DNA of 5,910 nucleotides from a virus (Duplodnaviria; Heunggongvirae; Uroviricota; Caudoviricetes): IMG/VR virus record IMGVR_UViG_2531839237_000018; one strand, 5' to 3'. Shown piece by piece: positions 5,661 to 5,910 of this stretch (position 1 is its first letter; each line of letters starts with the position of its first letter). The notes under the pieces were generated by a model. It saw only the letters and a program-made list of their open reading frames with translations, ran no database searches and was not told where the DNA came from. The position numbers and the translations under genes were made by a program.

Positions 5661-5910
5661 CTAGTTAATACACTGAGTGCGGATATATTCCTGAAGCATT
5701 CTCAATGCTGCCTGGTCGCTGATGATTCCGTCTCTGATACCGAGAACGTTTCGTCCAGCAACCGGAGAGAGTTCGACGGCGGCATCATTGCCCACGCCGG
5801 AGGTGCCGGTGGCTTCACGCACGGTACCGGGGCAGGTGGCGTCGTTTCTATGATGATGGCATAACCCTCCTGCGGCTGCTCGATGCGGGCCTGACCATTC
5901 CATCCGGCAA
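5661..5910 (-). CDS. Rz: i-spanin Rz (partial; N-terminus beyond the window end)
   Basis: C-terminal ...CPGTVREATGTSGVGNDAAVELSPVAGRNVLGIRDGIISDQAALRMLQEYIRTQCIN resembles the lambda Rz C-terminus (VREAT..SGV.N.A ... YI.EQC) as I recall it. Frame stays open upstream to the window edge. The in-window ATG at 5903 would give a protein with no transmembrane segment, so the true start is likely outside. A +1 embedded proline-rich frame (Rz1) supports the call. Confidence 0.7.
   Translation of the reverse strand, partial: CRMEWSGPHRAAAGGLCHHHRNDATCPGTVREATGTSGVGNDAAVELSPVAGRNVLGIRDGIISDQAALRMLQEYIRTQCIN
5702..5910 (-). CDS. Rz1: o-spanin Rz1 (partial; embedded in the +1 frame of Rz)
   Basis: Hand translation of the +1 frame: ...EGYAIIIETTPPAPVPCVKPPAPPAWAMMPPSNSLRLLDETFSVSETESSATRQH*. 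The CVKPPAPPAW.M.PP block matches the lambda Rz1 proline-rich core (CVKPPPPPAWIMQPPP, from memory). Stop TGA at 5702..5704, before the Rz stop. No start codon or lipobox inside the window. Confidence 0.6.
   Translation of the reverse strand, partial: AGWNGQARIEQPQEGYAIIIETTPPAPVPCVKPPAPPAWAMMPPSNSLRLLDETFSVSETESSATRQH

Noticed and set aside
5595-5864. Plus-strand 89-aa ORF (TTG start)
   Set aside because: Antisense to Rz/Rz1, where both sense frames are already coding. It has no ATG and only a weak SD; its apparent codon bias is explained by the overlapping genes.
1-5910. Scan for tRNA, CRISPR array, integrase/att or transposase ends
   Set aside because: No T-loop-like GTTCRA motifs in GC-rich stems, no regularly spaced direct repeats, and no recombinase-like ORF; nothing of these types is supported.

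Overview
This window reads as the late-region junction of a lambdoid/HK97-like cos prophage from an enterobacterial host (host assignment is inference from codon usage and lambda-like spanin motifs). All structural genes are on the minus strand. In transcription order (high to low coordinates) they are: the 3' end of the spanin pair Rz/Rz1 (5661..5910), a 74-aa unknown ORF, a visibly A+T-rich island with almost no coding capacity (about 4790..5200), an HNH endonuclease (4194..4559), a 289-bp non-coding gap carrying a GTTAAC-cored motif array (candidate cos site), terS (3341..3904), terL (1683..3344), an HK97-family prohead protease (1044..1619) and the major capsid protein (1..1044, running off the window). 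The only convincing plus-strand gene is a 61-aa ribbon-helix-helix-like protein (4601..4786) divergent from HNH. Things worth a second look are the candidate cos/TerS-recognition array, the absence of a portal gene between terL and the protease, and the AT-rich moron-like island with a 46-aa hydrophobic ORF. I see no tRNA, rRNA, CRISPR array, integrase or transposase. All calls rest on reading the translations and motifs from memory; no database search or computation was run.
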